64,000 nt of DNA from Mobula hypostoma. Its lineage: Eukaryota. The notes below the pieces were generated by a model. It did not search any database and was not told the DNA's origin. It was given only the letters and a program-made list of their open reading frames with translations. Of the stretch, positions 61,381 to 64,000 are shown in pieces. The stretch is from assembly GCF_963921235.1 (NCBI RefSeq), contig NC_086118.1:27530001-27594000 (forward strand). Direction: 5' to 3'. Positions within the stretch are counted from its first letter, which is position 1; every line of letters starts with the position of its first letter. The position numbers were made by a program, and so were the translations under genes.

Positions 61381-62619
61381 GGATGAGTTGCACTTGTTAT
61401 ATCTTTAGCTCTAACTTCTCAAGCTTAAGTTTTACAATCAAATAAATGACTTCGAAAGTCTCAACACCCTTAGCCTCTGCCTGTTCTTGCCTTAGACTGT
61501 TGACTGCAGACAAGTCCCAATAGGTTTTGAAACTGGCGTATAAACTCCGCAAGGAAATGTTTTCAACACTCGTTGTGTTCTCCTGCTCTGCAGACAAGTC
61601 TTGACAGGCACAGAGACGTTGCTGTTGCTCCACTTGTATGAACAGGCATTGAACTCAGAAACAGTGGAGAACTACACCACTGAATATTTGGTGATTGTAT
61701 GAAGATTCTACATGCAGAAGTGTTGTTTATTCTTCTTGATCAATGGTGGTATATTTCCATGCTGGTTTTGTATGTTTAGGGTGGCTGATGAGGCCAACAT
61801 GGGGAGGGAGGTACCAGACAGATTGGAAGGATGGATGGCTTGTCAGGTGATGCCCTTGTTTTGCCATTTATGCTGTTTCTTTGTGTAGCATAATTTCTTG
61901 GATTTGAGATTTTCAAAACCATCCTGAATGTTTCAGCTCCACAAAATGCTCATGTGCCGGGGATTCCAAAAACTCATAGGTGGTGTTGCATTTTTTTTAT
62001 GAGGATTTGAAAACACTCTTGAATCTTGTCCTCTGCCAGAATACATAACAAGGAGTCAGAAATGTGTGTGGATTGAACTGAGTATAATTGCTGCCTCAGT
62101 ACTGGAGATGTAAGCTTGGGAGGGGATATTGCCACTGACTTGTTTATCCTTTTAGTAGATCTGGAAGATTTTGCAGAAGCAACGTTAGTTCCAGTGCCTT
62201 GTGTTGCCAGGCTTAGGAAACACATAGATGGCGGTCATTCATGCATGTAGGAAGCATGGATCACTGTTATCTGATAGACCATAAGTCTGTGCCACTCTGG
62301 TGTACAGTATACAGTAGATATCATTTTCTTTGATGGCTGTCGTTCATCTACTGGAAGGACTTTTGAAAAAGTTTTCTTGACAGATACATGGAATGGATGG
62401 TTGCCTTTTGGGGAAAGGTTAGGCTGGCTAGGCATGTATCTGCTGAAATTTAGAAGTGTGTGATGGGACTTCACTGCAACATATCGGATCCCGAGTGATA
62501 AAAGAAGTCGCTGTTTAAAAACAAAGGGGGTGGAGGTTCAGGAGGCTGAAGACCCACACTCAACATTTTAGAAAGCATTGTTTTTCTACTGGCATCAGAT
62601 TTCTGAACAGCCCATGAAC

Positions 62620-62768
62620 CCTTGAATGCTATCTCATTATTTGCCTTTTGCACATTTACTTAGTCTTGTAACTTACAGTAATTTTTAAGTCTTGCTCTGC
62701 ACCGCTGCCACAAAACAACAAATTTCACAACACTTGTCAGGGATAATAAACCTGATTCTGATTCTGAG
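62620..62768 (+). mobile_element. LINE/SINE 3' tail
   Basis: Ends aataaacctgattctgattctga. Confidence 0.55.
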
Positions 62769-63019
62769 GATTAAATGACTTTGGATCCTTAAAGGGCAGT
62801 AAAGCTGTAGAATAATTCTTGGAGTATTTTTATGGCAGTGTTAAATTGCTTTTTGTTAAGGAAGGGGCGAAAGATCAGAAGAAGTGGACAGCAGTGCAGC
62901 AGTGAAGTCACAATCAGATTAGAACAGATTTTATTAAATTAAGGAGGAGGTCTAAAATGATGAGTGAGACACTTGCATCCCTATGTGATACTGTATGTTC
63001 AAAAGTGAGCAAGTGCATT

Positions 63020-63295
63020 ATATTCATTCATTCATTATTTGCCATGTCGTATGGCATAGGTAATCATGGTCTTTCCATGACTGCTTGTTCTTGGCAAATT
63101 TTTCAACAGGTGACTTGCCATTGCCTTTTTCTGGGCAGTGTCTTTACAAGATGGGCGACCCCAGCCATTATCAATACTTCTCAGAGATTGTGTGGAGTCA
63201 GTGGTCACATAACCAGGACTTGTGGTAGGCACATAACCAGGAACTTGAGTGTGTTGCTTGGATTTCCAGCATCTGCAGATTTTCTCTTGTTTGTG
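63020..63295 (-). mobile_element. Retroelement fragment with attc-repeat tail, plus a short PLE terminus piece (about 63248-63292)
   Basis: attcattcattc tail. The sequence gtgttgcttggatttccagcatctgcagattttctcttgttt matches the PLE end. Confidence 0.5.
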
Positions 63296-63499
63296 TACCT
63301 CAGTGCACCAATGGTTGTGCTGATGGGGTTATTCCTTCTCTGTGCTGATGTGTGAGTTCAAGCGCTTAAAATCCTTCAGCACAAACACTGTGGTTCAGGA
63401 CGGCATGATTGACATCATGCCTCCTCTGAACAGTTCAGCGGGCAATCACTGCACAATTGCTGGATACTTCACAAATATGTTATCTGGTATTGATGCAGA

Positions 63500-63512
63500 G
63501 TGCGCGTGCGCG

Positions 63513-63555
<43 letters not shown>
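63500..63555. repeat. (GCGCGT)n-(CA)n microsatellite
   Basis: Direct inspection. Confidence 0.97.
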
Positions 63556-63557
<2 letters not shown>

Positions 63558-64000
63558 GACAGCATTCTAGACTACTAAATGTTCCTCTATTATCCAAAAA
63601 ATATATGCTAAAAGTCTAATTCTTTTCCTCCATTATCTCGAAACTCAAAAATTAAAGAGGCATGTTTCTCATCACAAAATGCAAACGTGTGAGAAATAAC
63701 CTAATTGTGGTGTGAATAGTTACCTGGAGAATGTGGATTTGGCATATAATTTCAAATTTGCAAGCAGGACATGATTTCTGATTCAGATCATAAGTTTGAA
63801 ACTAACAGCAAATTGGTTCCGAAACTATTGGGTGTGCTTTGTACAATGTTTTCATAGTTTTTCTGTGATAAAGTGGGTTTCCTCTAAATTCTCCAGACTC
63901 CCTCCACACCTAAAGTGGCAGTAGTAGTTTTTACTGCCCACTCTATACCACCCTTTTGTGTAGATTAATTGCAAAAATAAAATCAATGGGAGGAAAAAAC

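Noticed and set aside
61700..62480. Possible old LINE C-terminal remnant (HPFH motif on the minus strand)
   Set aside because: Too decayed to assign a family or boundaries.
63342..63578. ORF with a poly-HT tract
   Set aside because: Translation of a (CA)n microsatellite.

Overview
Vertebrate genomic DNA made almost entirely of transposable-element sequence. A cartilaginous fish (ray or shark) is the likely source, inferred from the CR1-dominated repeat content, V-domain SINEs and Penelope termini. The window holds many nested and mostly decayed elements: CR1 LINEs (three with an ORF1 SGNH-esterase; one young copy with a 799-codon open ORF2), Rex1/Babar LINEs, two L1 pieces, Penelope-like elements (PLEs) with GIY-YIG endonuclease and hammerhead-ribozyme termini, an internally deleted BEL/Pao LTR element, a Hero-type RLE retrotransposon, an I/Nimb-type LINE 5' end, a solo LTR, SINEs and a Harbinger MITE. 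No host gene could be named. Four small minus-strand segments with splice signals and compatible phases may be exons, which would make most of the window intronic. The main observation is that three divergent CR1 copies keep a T_TTA_AAC heptamer at the ORF1 end, with ORF2 starting in the -1 frame, which suggests programmed -1 ribosomal frameshifting. Also notable: PLE hammerhead termini that appear to mobilise foreign or palindromic cargo between 10-12 bp target-site duplications (TSDs), and a 3'-truncated L1 bounded by a TSD. Boundaries of old elements are approximate and family names come from motif recognition, not database searches.
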